Of a stretch of DNA of 64,000 nucleotides, positions 48,648 through 62,620 are shown piece after piece. The stretch lies in the NCBI GenBank assembly GCA_020137815.1, contig CM035361.1, positions 310,001-374,000 of the forward strand. Direction: 5' to 3'. The translations under genes were made by a program, and so were the position numbers. Below the pieces are notes generated by a model that saw only the letters and a program-made list of their open reading frames with translations, searched no databases and was not told where the DNA came from. This DNA is from Hormiphora californensis. Its lineage: Eukaryota; Animalia; Ctenophora. Position 1 is the first letter of the stretch. Every line of letters starts with the position of its first letter.

Positions 48648-48956
48648 GGTTCGTCAGCTAAAATGGACAAATTAACGAAGATTTTAGAAAAATCAAAAAT
48701 GTTTAGACTTTTGCGGAAGTTTTTTTTGAACGAATAGAATTTTTTAAACATTTTCTTCGCGCGCGCGCGATAAAATGAGCGCGGCGTAAATTGCAACGAA
48801 GTTTTAAAAAATCCGCGGTCAAAATGAATTTATTCTCACCAGCTGTTCCTGAAGAGGGGAGGAGCTCCCACGGATAGGGAAATGTCGTTGCTGCATCCTC
48901 TTCTTTATCTTACAACATCCGTGCTACGGATTCCGAGGGTTCCACCCATGGAAATT

Positions 48957-50745
48957 GGAGTAGCAGTAGCACTATAGCAGTACTCAGTAGCACTAGTTCA
49001 GCAGTAGCTCCTGGCAGTGGAAGCTCTGATCCTAGCGGCTAGCAGTTAAGCAGTAGTTCCTACTCCTACCATGGCAGTAGCTCCTAGCAGTAGCTCCTAG
49101 CAGTAGCTCCTAGCACTAGCAGTATAGCTCCTAGCAGTAGCTCCTAGCAGTAGCTCCTAGCAGTATAGCTCCTAGCAGTAGCTCCTAGCAGTAGCTCCTA
49201 GCAGTAGCTCCTAGCAGTAGCTCCTAGCAGTAGCTCCTAGCAGTATAGCTCCTAGCAGTATCTCTAGCAGTAGCTCCTAGCAGTAGCTCCTAGCAGTATA
49301 GCTCTTAGCAGTAGCTCCTAGCAGTAGCTCCTAGCAGTAACTCCTAGCAGTAGCTCCTAGCAGTAGCTCCTAGCAGTAGCTCCTAGCAGTAGCTCCTAGC
49401 AGTATCTCTAGCAGTAGCTCCTAGCAGTAGCTCCTAGCAGTAGCTCCTAGCAGTATAGCTCCTAACAGTAGCTCCTAGCAGTATAGCTCCTAGCAAGTAG
49501 CAGTATCTCCTAGCAGTAGCTCCTAGCAGTAGCTCCTAGCAGTATAGCTCCTAGCAGTAGCTCCTAGCAGTAGCTCCTAGCAGTAGCTCCTAGCAGTAGC
49601 TCCTAGCAGTATCTCCTAGCAGTAGCTCCTAACAGTAGCTCCTAGCAGTATAGCTCCTAGCAAGTAGCAGTATCTCCTAGCAGTAGCTCCTAGCAGTAGC
49701 TCCTAGCAGTATAGCTCCTAACAGTAGCTCCTAGCAGTATAGCTCCTAGCAAGTAGCAGTATCTCCTAGCAGTAGCTCCTAGCAGTAGCACTAGCAGTAG
49801 CTCCTAGCAGTAGCACTAGCAGTAGCTCCTAGCAGTAGCTCCTAGCAGTAGCACTAGCAGTAGCTCCTAGCAGTAGCTCCTAGCAGTATAGCTCCTAGCA
49901 GTATAGCTCCTAGCAGTAACTCCTAGCAGTAGCTCCTAGCAGTAGCTCATAGCAGTAGCTCCTAGCAGTAGCTCCTAGCAGTAGCTCCTAGCAGTAGCTC
50001 CTAGCAGTAGCTCCTAGCAGTAGCTCCTAGCAGTAGCTCCTAGCAGTAACTCCTAGCAGTAGCTCCTAGCAGTATCTCCTAGCAGTAGCTCCTAGCAGTA
50101 TCTCCTAGCAGTAGCTCCTAGCAGTAGCTCCTAGCAGTAGCTCTTAGCAGTAGCTCCTAGCAGTAGCTCCTAGTAGTAGCTCATAGCAGTAGCTCCTAGC
50201 AGTAGCTCCTAGCAGTATCTCCTAGCAGTAACTCCTAGCAGTAGCTCCTAGCAGTAGCTCCTAGCAGTAGCTCCTAGCAGTAGCTCCTAGCAGTAGCTCC
50301 TAGCAGTAACTCCTAGCAGTAGCTCCTAGCAGTATCTCCTAGCAGTAGCTCCTAGCAGTATCTCCTAGCAGTAACTCCTAGCAGTAGCTCCTAGCAGTAT
50401 CTCCTAGCAGTAGCTCCTAGCAGTAGCTCCTAGCAGTAGCTCCTAGCAGTAACTCCTAGCAGTAGCTCCTAGCAGTATCTCCTAGCAGTAGCTCCTAGCA
50501 GTATCTCCTAGCAGTAACTCCTAGCAGTAGCTCCTAGCAGTATCTCCTAGCAGTAGCTCCTAGCAGTAGCTCCTAGCAGTAGCTCCTAGCAGTAGCTCAT
50601 TGCAGTAGCTCCTAGCAGTAGCTCCTAGCAGTAGCTCCTAGTAGTAGCTCTTAGCAGTAGCTCCTAGCAGTAGCTCCTAGCAGTATAGCTCCTAGCAGTA
50701 GCTCCTAGCAGTAGCTCCTAGCAGTAGCTCCTAGCAGTATCTCCT
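48957..50745. repeat. 13-bp satellite (ctcctagcagtag)n
   Basis: Direct inspection; degenerate at the left edge; lies just upstream of DBR1. Confidence 0.97.
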
Positions 50746-51165
50746 GCTCAGCCAGGAGTTAATCCCTCGATCTTTAGGCCAATTCTATCAAGTCGAACCA
50801 TTATTTCCTTGTTGGGAGTTACTGAACAATCATTGACAGTGTTGAACAGTAATGTAGCTTGCCTTCAAGTTCTTTTACCGCTTTATCTGTCTTTAAGTTA
50901 TCAATTAAATATACCCCCTCCAACCACCCGGACCATACCCAACAACGCCCTTTGCATATTGATATTCTCCGCCCTATGCTTAAAAATTCGAATTCAAAAT
51001 TACCTCAAAAAAGTTGCCCAACTTTTTAAAGGTTATCAATTCGATTATGGTTCTTTTTATATCGTTTTTAGATACTACACCCATCGATCCCCTGTCTGGC
51101 AGCGCCCACCTGGTCTGAGAATCAAAACGTGGTCTGCCAACGCCAGACATTCGATCCGCTGACAC

Positions 51166-54035
51166 TTACCTTAATAAACTAAAAAACTTACTGTTACTCA
51201 GTTTCCTGCAAAGAGGTGCTTCATCATCCCACATTGCGTCGTTATTACAGGTCCTCTCAGAGCTACCGTCTCGCACGTGCTTCTTCTGACAGTTGATGGT
51301 CACCGTCTGTCCAAGATCAGTATCGATCCAACTTCCTTGCATTGATCCGTCCACGGTAAACCCGGGACACGCTGCAATGCACATTTTTAGAGATGGTATT
51401 TAGAAACTTTTGAGGTGACTCCTATTTATATTACCTGGTTTCGCTCGGTAGCTGTCAGATGCGTTATCGCCGTAATCATGTTCGGAGAGAAATTGTATCT
51501 TCTCCGCTACAACTCCCCAGCTTTGTTCACATCTACTATCATTGCTGTCACTGAACTGGAAGTTCAGAAACTCCATCCCGTTGCACTCAATACTGAGAGT
51601 GGTAGCCGTCTTTCTAATGGTCCATATCTTGTCCAATTCCCCTGTTGGTTGTACTGGGAGGGATGCCCAGCTAGCTGGACCTTTCCCCCAATCAGCACTG
51701 CAGCGGCCGATAAAGTATTTAACAGGTGAATCGAACACGATCAACAATCCTGCAATAGCACTTCCATCTACAGTGAATCTTCTCACGAAAATCCTGTCCC
51801 CACTCCCGGCAGTAGAGTTAGTTTTGATTTGAAGAGGGGTGCTCTCCAGGTTAAATGGGATGTGTGTGTCATGTACTACTGGAGTCCATGCTGAAATGTG
51901 AAATATAAATCATACGAACTCTTAATGACTCTAGAGATATTCAACAGCTGACCAGTGATCACAGTTTTGGATCATGAAAAGATAGGTAGGGTAGCGACTG
52001 GCTATTTGGAATGGTGGCTAATTTGAAAGGCCTCCTCTACAGGACAGCAGGTGCACCAGATTTGGATTTTTAGACATCAGTGGGCTAGTCAGAACTCATG
52101 CCAAGCCCACTGATGTCTAAAAATTCCAATTTGGTGCACCTCCTGGCCTGCAGTAGAGGGGGTGTTTCAAATTAGCCGCCATTTCAAATAGTCAGTCGTT
52201 ACCCTGCTGCTGCAGTGGTACAAAGTTAATTGCTACTTCATTACCTGTTGGCATTGCACGGTAGCTATCTGATGCAGTGTCACGAGTGACATCAAACTTT
52301 ATCTTCTCCACAACATCTCCTTCCCATTTTGGTACACAATCACTATTAGTATTAGCACTGAAATGGTAGTTCAGAACCTCCACCCCGTTGCAATCTATAA
52401 CGAGATTAGTAGCCGTCTTTCGAATGGTCCAAATCTTGTTCACTTCATCAGGTGGCTGTACTGGGAGATCAGTCCATCCGACGCAGTGCCTGATGAAGTA
52501 TTGGATAGGAGAGGTGAACCTCACCCTCACATTTAATATCCAATCCCAATTTGGAGTGTATACAGACACAAAAATCCATTCATTCAAACTCCCGGCAGTA
52601 GAGTTGGTTTTGATTTGAAGAGGGGTGCTCTCCAGATCAAATGGTATGTCTGTACCACGTTCAACTGAACTCCACGCTGAAACAATACAGGGTGTTCATA
52701 TGGGATCTTTACAAGCGTTGGGCTTCACCCAGAAAAAAGTTGATGAAATTAGCTCATGAAACTTCATACTTGGACTATTCTATACCCTCATTCAAGGATC
52801 CTGGTGTTTCCGTTGGCCACATTGATGCCTGAGTGAGATCGAGGTCGCGCAGCGACCGAGATCGATCTCACATCTAGGCCTCCGGCGCGTTATTGATTTT
52901 AGAGCAAACTTTTTCAAAGACCTGGCTGCAAGGAACTACCGAACCGATTTGCATCTCGTTTGTTGCTCCCGGCAGATAATTGTCTCTAGTTTTACGGAAA
53001 ATACCCGCGAGTATCAGCATTTGAGGAATAGTGGGTCAAAATTGACGCTAAACATGAGCAATTCTTTAAAGACCTGGCTGCAAGCTCCTACTCGGTCCTG
53101 GGACAATCTGCGGGTACTGGGGGAATCGTCATGGCCTTGTGAGTATGGGAAAATACCCGCCGATTCATCACGATGCGAAATGAGGCCATAATTGACCTTT
53201 GTGTAGTGCTAGGTCAGCTAAAAAGGTCTCTAAAAACGGTCTATCACGCGCGATCTGCTGAAAACGTGCTTTAATATCGCGCGCACGTGAGTTCTTGCTC
53301 TCAACGGACCGGGATCCTATTATTCGCGGAGCGAGAATAGGATGCGATGGATCCAAGTGTTTCCGGAGCTCTAATACCCCTGGAAGTGTGTTTTTGGTAT
53401 TAAAACCACCAGAAAGAATCTTTTGCTGGTGATGAGACTTTGCTAGAATGTTTTTTGGGTATTTTCCATGTCAATTCCAAAGTTTCATGATGATTGGATG
53501 TGTGGTTTAGTCACCAAGTTCCAAATAAACTGGCTAGAAAGGCCCAAAAACAGCTCAAAAACGACAAAAATTGATATTTTAGAATCTTTCCAGGCACTGT
53601 TTTCAAAATTTTGAGTTCATCCAATCATCATGAAACTTTGGAATTGATATAGAATATATAATACAAAAAAAAACATTCTAGCAAAGTCTCAGCACCTGCA
53701 CCAGCAAAAAATTCCTTCTGGTAGTTTTGATGCCAAAAACACACTTCTAGGGGTATTAGAGCTCCGGAAACACCAGGAACCTTGAATGAGGGTATAGAAT
53801 AGTCCAAGTAAGAAGTTTCATAAGCTAATTTTATCAATTTTTTTCTGGGTGAAGCCCAACGCTTGTAAAGATCCCATATGAACACCCTGTACATGTGAAA
53901 ACTATTATTATAGCAGTTGTATGATAATAGAGTCTTGCAAATTGCAATTAAATTGAATTTTGACAAACTGCAGGACTCACCTTCTGTTGCAGGAATAGTG
54001 ACAAACAATAAAAGGAAAACCAGAAATCTCCTCAT
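51166..54035 (-). CDS. Secreted protein: signal peptide, two orphan beta-rich domains and a sushi/CCP domain; 3' end unresolved
   Basis: Exons 53981-54035 (MRRFLVFLLLFVTIPATEG), ~52244-52676, ~51435-51891 and ~51200-51372 (CPG..GQTVTINC..GSSERTC....W....PLC); phase-1 domain-sized exons. Confidence 0.8.
51987..52206. mobile_element. ~220-bp palindromic MITE with hAT-like ends
   Basis: tagggtagcgactggctatttg ... caaatagtcagtcgttaccctg; arms ~100 bp; no clear TSD. Confidence 0.65.
52688..53889. mobile_element. Tc1/mariner-type foldback MITE with TA TSD
   Basis: TA|cagggtgttcatatgggatc ... gatcccatatgaacaccctg|TA; long arms; left arm interrupted. Confidence 0.88.
52813..53356. mobile_element. 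544-bp insertion with a 9-bp TSD nested in the MITE arm
   Basis: gtgtttccg at 52804-52812 and 53357-53365; TTGG...CCAA ends; subterminal hairpin gtgagatcga-ggtcgcgcagcgacc-gagatcgatctcac. Confidence 0.8.
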
Positions 54036-54239
54036 TTTGGTCCTTTTTTATCCTTGAACGAACAAACACAACTATCACAGGATGTTTGAGAATAAAGTCA
54101 CGCGAGTTAGCTCTCCGTGATCTATCTCTTTCTTGAACCAGCTTCAACTACACCCCTATTCTTTTCCATGTCTCTCCCTTTAGAGGGTGTGCCTTAATGG
54201 TCTTGTCTGGCGTCTGCTCAACAGCTATCTTTAAATCCT

Positions 54240-54970
<731 letters not shown>

Positions 54971-55576
54971 CTGTCTTTGTCAATATTTCAGATTTCTGTT
55001 TGTTTGTCTTTCTGTCCCTCACCACTATGAAAGCCACAATGGCACAATGACCTGTCAGGACCTCTGAGCGACACGGTACCGTACCGGGTACGAAGAGATT
55101 AGCCAGGCATTGCACTGACAGGCAACTACCGACATGACGACCGACAATGAAGCTGGACCGCTATTTGATTTTGGACTTCAAACTCCAAGTCCAATAATCC
55201 AATACTCCAATTTCCAAACTATATCTACATTGTGTCACGGCTTGATTTTGCAATAGTTATTTTCATTGAACGATCATACTCACGAGAATTTGAAATGTTT
55301 GTAAAAAATTAGAATATGTATAAATGTACAAATTATCCAAATATAAACAAGATATATAACTGTTCTGTTTCTATATTCCCGCACTCAGACAAAAACTCAT
55401 CGTAACAGAACTGGGCCACTCTCCCTCTTTATCTACCCTCTCCCAATATAATCTCTCTGTCAGCTGCACCACGCTGACCCTTTCTCACTGCACTCCTGCG
55501 GAGCGAGGAGAATGGTCAGGCAGATGGTGCTAAGACAGCATGATCTCTCTCCCGAGCGAGTCTATCTTTCTCCACT

Positions 55577-58134
55577 TCATACGATGGTCCAAGGGTTTTG
55601 ATCCTGGGGGCATCCCTCGGCAACGGTGGCATTTTGATGTTCAGCGACGGTGGGGCAGTTAACAGCGCTCCTCCATCGGCTGGCAGGGATTGTAATACCG
55701 CTCAGGGCCTGGAGGGAATTAGGGGTTAGGGCGGGCTGCGATAATTGGGCAAGTTTATTTTGATGGAAGGTATTCGTACGAAGAGTGTTTGGTATTTTCT
55801 ATAACGGCTGAAATTAGGAATCTCTCGTACCTTGCACTGTGCAACGTAAGCGGCAGCAACGCCACAATCAGCCAACAGGATCTCTCTCATCTCATCAAGA
55901 GCACAGAAATCATATCGGCATTTCTCTACGTAGGGTTCGGTGGCTAGGAAAGCTCTGCAGTCATCAAATACAGCATTATCGAACACTTCAGGACACCTAG
56001 ATGAAGGGGGAAACGGGTGTGAGAATAATTAAATTCAAAATGGGTGTGTACAGTCCATCATGATCATCGATTTAGGAGTAATCGAGGTTTGAATGTTTAT
56101 CAAACTCACACCTCGATTTATAGTGGCTTACTGGCTTGGCTATGTACAACAATACAACAGTGTGGCTCACACCGTCATTTTATTTTGCGCTCTGTACAAT
56201 ACCTGACATCTCCCTCAGCGGCTCGATCAGGGTACATGGCACACCACTCCTCAGCCAACAGTTCATCCTCAATGGCGGGGCACACGTCCATCCTATCAAT
56301 CTCCCAGCTATTTCCTGTGTGAGAGTTGAATTTAAATAGGGCAGTTCAACAAGCAATTTATGAGCAATTCAGAATGAATGTGAGTGATAACATGTTGTTG
56401 ATGCACTAGGTGGACTGGTGGGACCCCCATGGAAATAGTACAGAATTGGACATACCGAAGGTGTTAATGTTGTCGCTGTCGACATTAGAGAATCGAGCCT
56501 GGAACTCGTTGGTGTTGTCTTTGTCGTTGTTACCGCAGAGTCCACAGGTATTCCTGGTGCTATCAGGGGGCAGGATAACCTGGAATGAGGGTTGAGGGAT
56601 GAGGGGGCAGGATAACCTAGGGAATGAGGGGTGAGAGGCAAGAATGAGGGCATGAGATATAGGGGATGAAGGAGGGACGCGGGTGGTACATAAATGATTA
56701 GAGGGAGTTAGAGGGCGATAACACCTCCAACTCCCTCTACATAATAAGGGGAATGTATATTTGTTTGGAGGCCGGAGACGTACGTACCTGAGTAGAGATA
56801 ATACCATCCCAAGTGATTTTAATTCCGTTAGGCAGAGTGACAGTGATGTAAAGACCATCATAACCAATGGCAATATTTTCAACATATACTGTTCCCTTCA
56901 TCTTCAGAGGCACCTTCTCTCCCCTGTACACGACGATCCATCCTGGAGGAGGACGAGTGGTTAGTTATGTTGTATAGTGGGCGGGGTTATGTGGGGTTAT
57001 GTCTGGGTGAGTGGTAGGCTCCTAGAAAATATTGTTGAGAGTCCTAGCTGGAGGGTGGTGATCCGTACGCGATGGTAGGTCAGTTACTAGCTAGTTGTTC
57101 AGGGTTTGTGTTGGTACAAGCTGAGATAAAGCTGGAATCAAGATATTATGGTATATTTACCCCTCTGGAGGTTCAGTCCAATGCTGTTCCAGAAGACGGT
57201 CACATCGACCAGACAGGATGCGGGGTATCCGAGATCTTTAGGTCCACACTGTTTGAAGTTACCGTAGACAACCCACTCTCCCCAGTCACAATCCATGGAA
57301 AGAACGTAGTTGCAGTCACCCATGTAGTCGTAGATTTTGTTGTCGAATGTGACAATATGGGGATCTCCAAACACCTGATGAGGGATGGAGCTGTGAAATT
57401 CCAAAACGAATGTACTGGGATTAAGGAGAGAAAGGGAGACAGAGAGAGAGAGAGAGAGGGACACGGAGAGAAAGAATAACAGAGGGGGATAGAGAGACAT
57501 AAGTTCAGTACTTTGTTACATTAAAATAGTGTTTTCCAACCTGGCAAGGAATTCCAAGAGCACCACCATCCTCAACAGGCTCAACGATAACCTCAATTCC
57601 CTCACTTCCCTGGACGTTCAGGTTGTTGTCTGTGGCTCCCACACAGTTAGAAGCTCGGCACTGATACTTTCCTGGGAGGAAGTGGGTTTAGTAATAAAAC
57701 TAAAGATGACGTGCTCCTTCATAAACATTATTGACGTGCTCCTTCATAAACATTATTAAAGTGCTCCTTCATAAACATTATTGAAGTGCTCCTTCATAAA
57801 ACTTATTAACCCTTTGAGGACTATAGACCATATATGACCCATTCCTTTCTGCTCCTTCATAAAATACCTTACCTTCATCGGAGGGAGTAGCAGAGCTGAT
57901 GATGTATTCAGCACCAGTGAACACTAGTTCTTCATCAAGATACCTAGAGGAATAGAGAGATGTGAACGAGACCCATTTATTTCTTAATTAAAGGTTCCTG
58001 GATAATTAATCCCTTTCCCAAATACCCACCCACCCATGTCTCTGTCTCTCTGTTTCTGTTTCTGTCTGTCTCTGTTTCTGTCTCTGTCTCTGTCTCTATC
58101 TCTGTCTCTGTCTCTGTCTCTGACTCTGTCTCTG

Positions 58135-58198
<64 letters not shown>

Positions 58199-58988
58199 TC
58201 TCTCTCTCTCTCTCTCTCTATGTCTCTGATTACTCATTATAGCTGATAGCACAATGATGCTCATATCATATGACAGCAGACCTAGCTATTATAAAAGTCA
58301 TTTCATGATCTCGACCTACAAGGTAATGACTTGTCTCTCATTAGCTCTCCCTCTTAGCGCTATCATCCTCTCATCAACCAGCTGTTCTACACAACTGGGA
58401 TGGTCGGGGAAAGGGTTTGCCCGGTAAATCGGGGTCCGAATGTATGTAGTTCCTCAGTTAACTATCTCACTATCACTATACCCCTTTGTGTGGCTCACAC
58501 CGGATTTTATGAGGGTTCGATAGATCAACCACCCTCCCCCACGTCCCCCACACATTCCCCAGTATAACTTACCATTCAATAATAGGCTGAGGTGCACCAG
58601 TAGCGGTACAACTTAGGGTAAAGTCATCTCCCTCGTTCACCTTGTGGATACTGGTAACAGTAAGATCCTTCAACTTCATACCTCCATCTGTCTGACCCTG
58701 TGTGTGAGAGTTACGTATCATTAAAATGGATATGGTATAAACCATGAAACATGTCGTGAATATATCTCCGAATCTACTAATACCTAAATATTACGGGATT
58801 TAAAACTAACGTATCCTAATATCAATATAATTGTATGTTATATTTTACCTTATCAAAAGTGGTACTGATAATAACTGGTTTCTCAATAGCGGGGCACATT
58901 CCCTTAGTCCAGATACCAATATCTGTTCCCTCTTGACAGTTGAGCTGGTCGAGTTGGCAGGGGTTGAAGTAGGTGTTACAATCCATAC
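55577..58988 (-). CDS. Extracellular Kazal - Ig - VWD - C8 protein, 5' incomplete
   Basis: Exons ~58848-58988 (GMDCNTYFNPCQL..NC..GMC), 58573-58697 (EGDDFTLSCTATGAPQPIIEW), 57873-57943 and 57541-57671 (DEG|KYQCRASN), 57161-57374 (FGDPHIVTFD..Y.G.C.YVL), 56788-56942, 56456-56579 (TCGLCGN), 56203-56314, 55831-55996 (C.YDFC..AAAYVAQC) and 55577-55708. Possible upstream exon at 63815-63876. Confidence 0.85.
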
Positions 58989-60129
58989 CTGGAGATAATT
59001 AGTACATGATAATTAGTACATGATTAGTACATGATACTTTAGGTTTACATTGTAGAGTCTACATTGAAGACCAGCAATGCCGGGTTGGGCCAAACCTACT
59101 ATGACCACCCCCCCCCCCCCCCCCCCCCCCCGCTACGGATGGGTCAGGCGGTCTGTACTATAACGCACAAAATGTAAAGTTACTTTGGTTGTAGACAAAG
59201 CAGCCAACTTGAAGTTTTTGCATACTTGAATAATGCAAAACCTCCTCGTTTGTGGTCAAAGCCCATATAGAAATTATGCAGAAAGGAACAGACTTTCTTT
59301 CTGGATAAGTTTTTAGCGGCTCAACTAAAAACCTCGCACTGTTTCGGAAAACTATTCCCTTTTCTTATAGTTAATGCGCCAGGTGTTTGTTTGTTGAATA
59401 TATAGTGTAATACATGAGCCGCGTTATAGCAGCTAGAGATATTCTCATATTTCTTTCTTTTACTTTTTCCAGCTGTTCACTGCCGTGGTCACTGCTGCAA
59501 CTGGTGTTTAGATAATCCATCAACCTTATCTTATCTTGCCTTTTCTAACTTTCAGTGACATTATATCTTACTATATAATGCGAAAAGGGGTGAAACTTGA
59601 TCCCCCCATGCATGTTTGGTGGTCCCTAAATCGTCGTCATCAAGATCAGATCACATCACCCAACATGCATGATCAGATCACCCCACTGAGAATCAGATCA
59701 TCCCAGTGAGTATCAGATCCCACATTTCACCCAGTAGTCCACTGTGCGTGATGCAGGGAGAGGGAGAGAGAGAAAGAGAGGGAGAGAGACTGGGTTATGC
59801 CGTCACTACCCGGGTTGGTAGAGGACTTGGTACACCCTAGCTTAGTGCCCCAAAAAAAGGGGAAAAAAGAGAGACAGATACAGAAAGAGACAGAGAGAAT
59901 CAGCGACGGGCCCGGCCCTTTTCGGCCGAAGGCCGAATTACATTGACTAGTAAGACATAAGTAGCCCTAAAAACCGTCTTATTTTGTAGATCTTCATCTC
60001 CTTCTTCTCACACCCCTCATCTCTCCACTGTGCCACCTGTCAGAGCTACTAGAGCTACTCACTAGAGAGAGCTTTTTGTTACGCTCCAGTTACTATCCTA
60101 CTAACTAAGTTGGCCCCTGACCATCCCAA

Positions 60130-61266
60130 CCCCCCCCCCCCCCCCAAAAAAAAAACCCCCCAAAAACCCCCCAAAAAAAAAAATTTTTTTTTTGGGGGAA
60201 AACCCCCCAAAAAATTTTTTTTTTTTTCCCCCCCTGGGGGGGGGAAAAAAAAAAAAAGGGGGAAAAAAACCCCCGGGTTTTTTTTGGGCCCCCCAAACCC
60301 CCCCCCCAAAAAAAAAATTTTTTTAAAAAAACCCGGGGGGAAAAAAAATTTTTTTCCCCCCAAAAAAAATTTTTTTAAAAATTTTTTTTTTTTTCCCCCC
60401 TTTTTTTTTCCCTTTTTTTTTTTTTCCCCCCCCCCAAACCCCTTTTTTTTTTAAAAAATTTTTTTTTTAAAAAAAAACCCCCCCCCCCCCAAAAATTCCC
60501 CCCCCGGAAAAAAAAAAACCCCCACCCCCCCAAAAAAGGTTAAAAAAAAAATTTTTAAAAATCCCAAAAAAAATTTTGGAAAAAATTTTTTTAAGAGGGG
60601 GGGGGAAAAGGGGGTTTCCCCCCCGGGGGGGGGCCCCTTTTAAAAGGGTTTTCCCCCAAAAAAAAAAAAGGGGAAAAAACCCCCCCCTTTTCCCCAACCC
60701 CCCCCGGGGGGGGGCCCCCCCTTTTTTTTCCCCCCCCCCTTTTCTTTTTTTTTCCCCCCCTTTTCCCCCCCCCCTTTTACCCCCCTTTTCCCCCTTTTTT
60801 CCGGGGCCCCCCCCCCTTTTTTTTTTTGGCCCCCTTTCCCCCCATTCCCCCTTTTTTTTTTTCCCCCCCCCCCCTTTTTTAAAAACCCTTTTTTTTTTTA
60901 AAAAAATTTCTTCCCCCCCGGGGGGTTTTTCCCCCGGCCTTTTTTTCCCGGGTTTGGGGGGGTTTTTCCCCTGGGTTTCCCCTTTTTTGGGGGGCCCGGG
61001 GGAAAAAACCCTGTTTTTTTTTTCCCCCCCCCCCCCTTTTTTTTTTTCCCCCCCTTTTTTTTTGGGGGGTTTTTTTTTTTTTTTTCCCCCCCCCCTTTTT
61101 TCCCCCCCTTTCCCCCCCTTTTTTTGGGGGGAAAAGGGGGGGTTTTTCCCCCCCCCCCTTTTTTTTTTTTCCCCCCCCTTTTTTTCCCCCCCCCCGGGGT
61201 TTTTTTTTTTTTTTTCCCCCCCCCTTTTACTCTTTTTTTTTTTTTTCCCCCTCCCCCCCCCTTTTT

Positions 61267-61307
<41 letters not shown>

Positions 61308-61940
61308 TTTTTTTTTTGGGGGGGTTTTTTCCCCCCCTTTTTGCCAAATTCCCCAATCTCTCCCCCTTTTTTTTTTTTCCCCCCGGGGGGGGGCCCTTTT
61401 CCCCCCCGGGGGGGGGGGGTTTTGGGGGGGAAAAAAGGGGGGGGGGGGGGGGGGGGGGGGAAAAGGGGGGGGGGGGGAAAAAAAGGGGAAAAAGGGAAAC
61501 CCGGAAAATTTTTTTCCCCCCCCCCCGGGGGGGGGGGGGCCCCCCCCTTTTAAAATTTTTTGGGGGGGGGGCCCTTTTTTTTTTGGGGGGGGGGGGCCCC
61601 CAAAACCCTTTTTTTGGTTTCCGTTTGTTTTAAAAATTTCCCCCCGGGGGGGGGGAAATTTTGGGCCCCCCCGGGGCCAAAATTTTCCCCCGGGGGGGGG
61701 GGGGGGGGTTTTTTTTTTAAAAAAAAACCCCCCCCCTTTTTTTTTTTTTTCCCCCGGGTTTTTTTTTTCCCCCCCCGGGGGGGGGGGGGGGGGTTTTTTT
61801 TCCCCCCTTTTTCCCGTTTTTTTGGCGGGGGGGGGTTTTTTTTTTTTGGGTTTTTTTTTTTTGGGGGGGGCCTTTCCCCCCCCCTTTTTCCCCCCCCCCC
61901 CCCAAAAAAAACCCCCCCCCCCCCCCCCCCCCCCCCCCAA

Positions 61941-62013
<73 letters not shown>

Positions 62014-62086
62014 ACCCCCCCCCCCCCCCCACCCCACCCCCCCCCCCCCCCCCCCCCCCAAAAAAACCCCCCCCCCCCCCCCCCCT

Positions 62087-62134
<48 letters not shown>

Positions 62135-62149
62135 CCCCCCACCCCCCCC

Positions 62150-62186
<37 letters not shown>

Positions 62187-62255
62187 TTTTTTTCCCCGGC
62201 CCCCCTTCCCCCGGCCCCCCCCCCCCCCTTTTCCCCCCCCCCCCCCCCTTTTTTT

Positions 62256-62304
<49 letters not shown>

Positions 62305-62414
62305 CCCCCCCCCCCCCCTTCGGGCCCCTTTTTTCCCCCCCCCCCCCCGGGCCCCCCCCCTTCCCCCCCCCCCGGGTTCCCCCCCCCCCCCCCCTTTTTT
62401 CCCCCCCCCCCCCT

Positions 62415-62448
<34 letters not shown>

Positions 62449-62469
62449 GCCCCCCCCCCCCCCCCTTTT

Positions 62470-62507
<38 letters not shown>

Positions 62508-62556
62508 GGGCCCCCCCCTTTTAAATTTTTTTTCCCCCCCCCCCTTCCCCCCCCCC

Positions 62557-62620
<64 letters not shown>

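Noticed and set aside
53628-53980. C-terminal part of the 135-aa ORF 53628-54035
   Set aside because: Read-through from the signal-peptide exon into intron and MITE sequence
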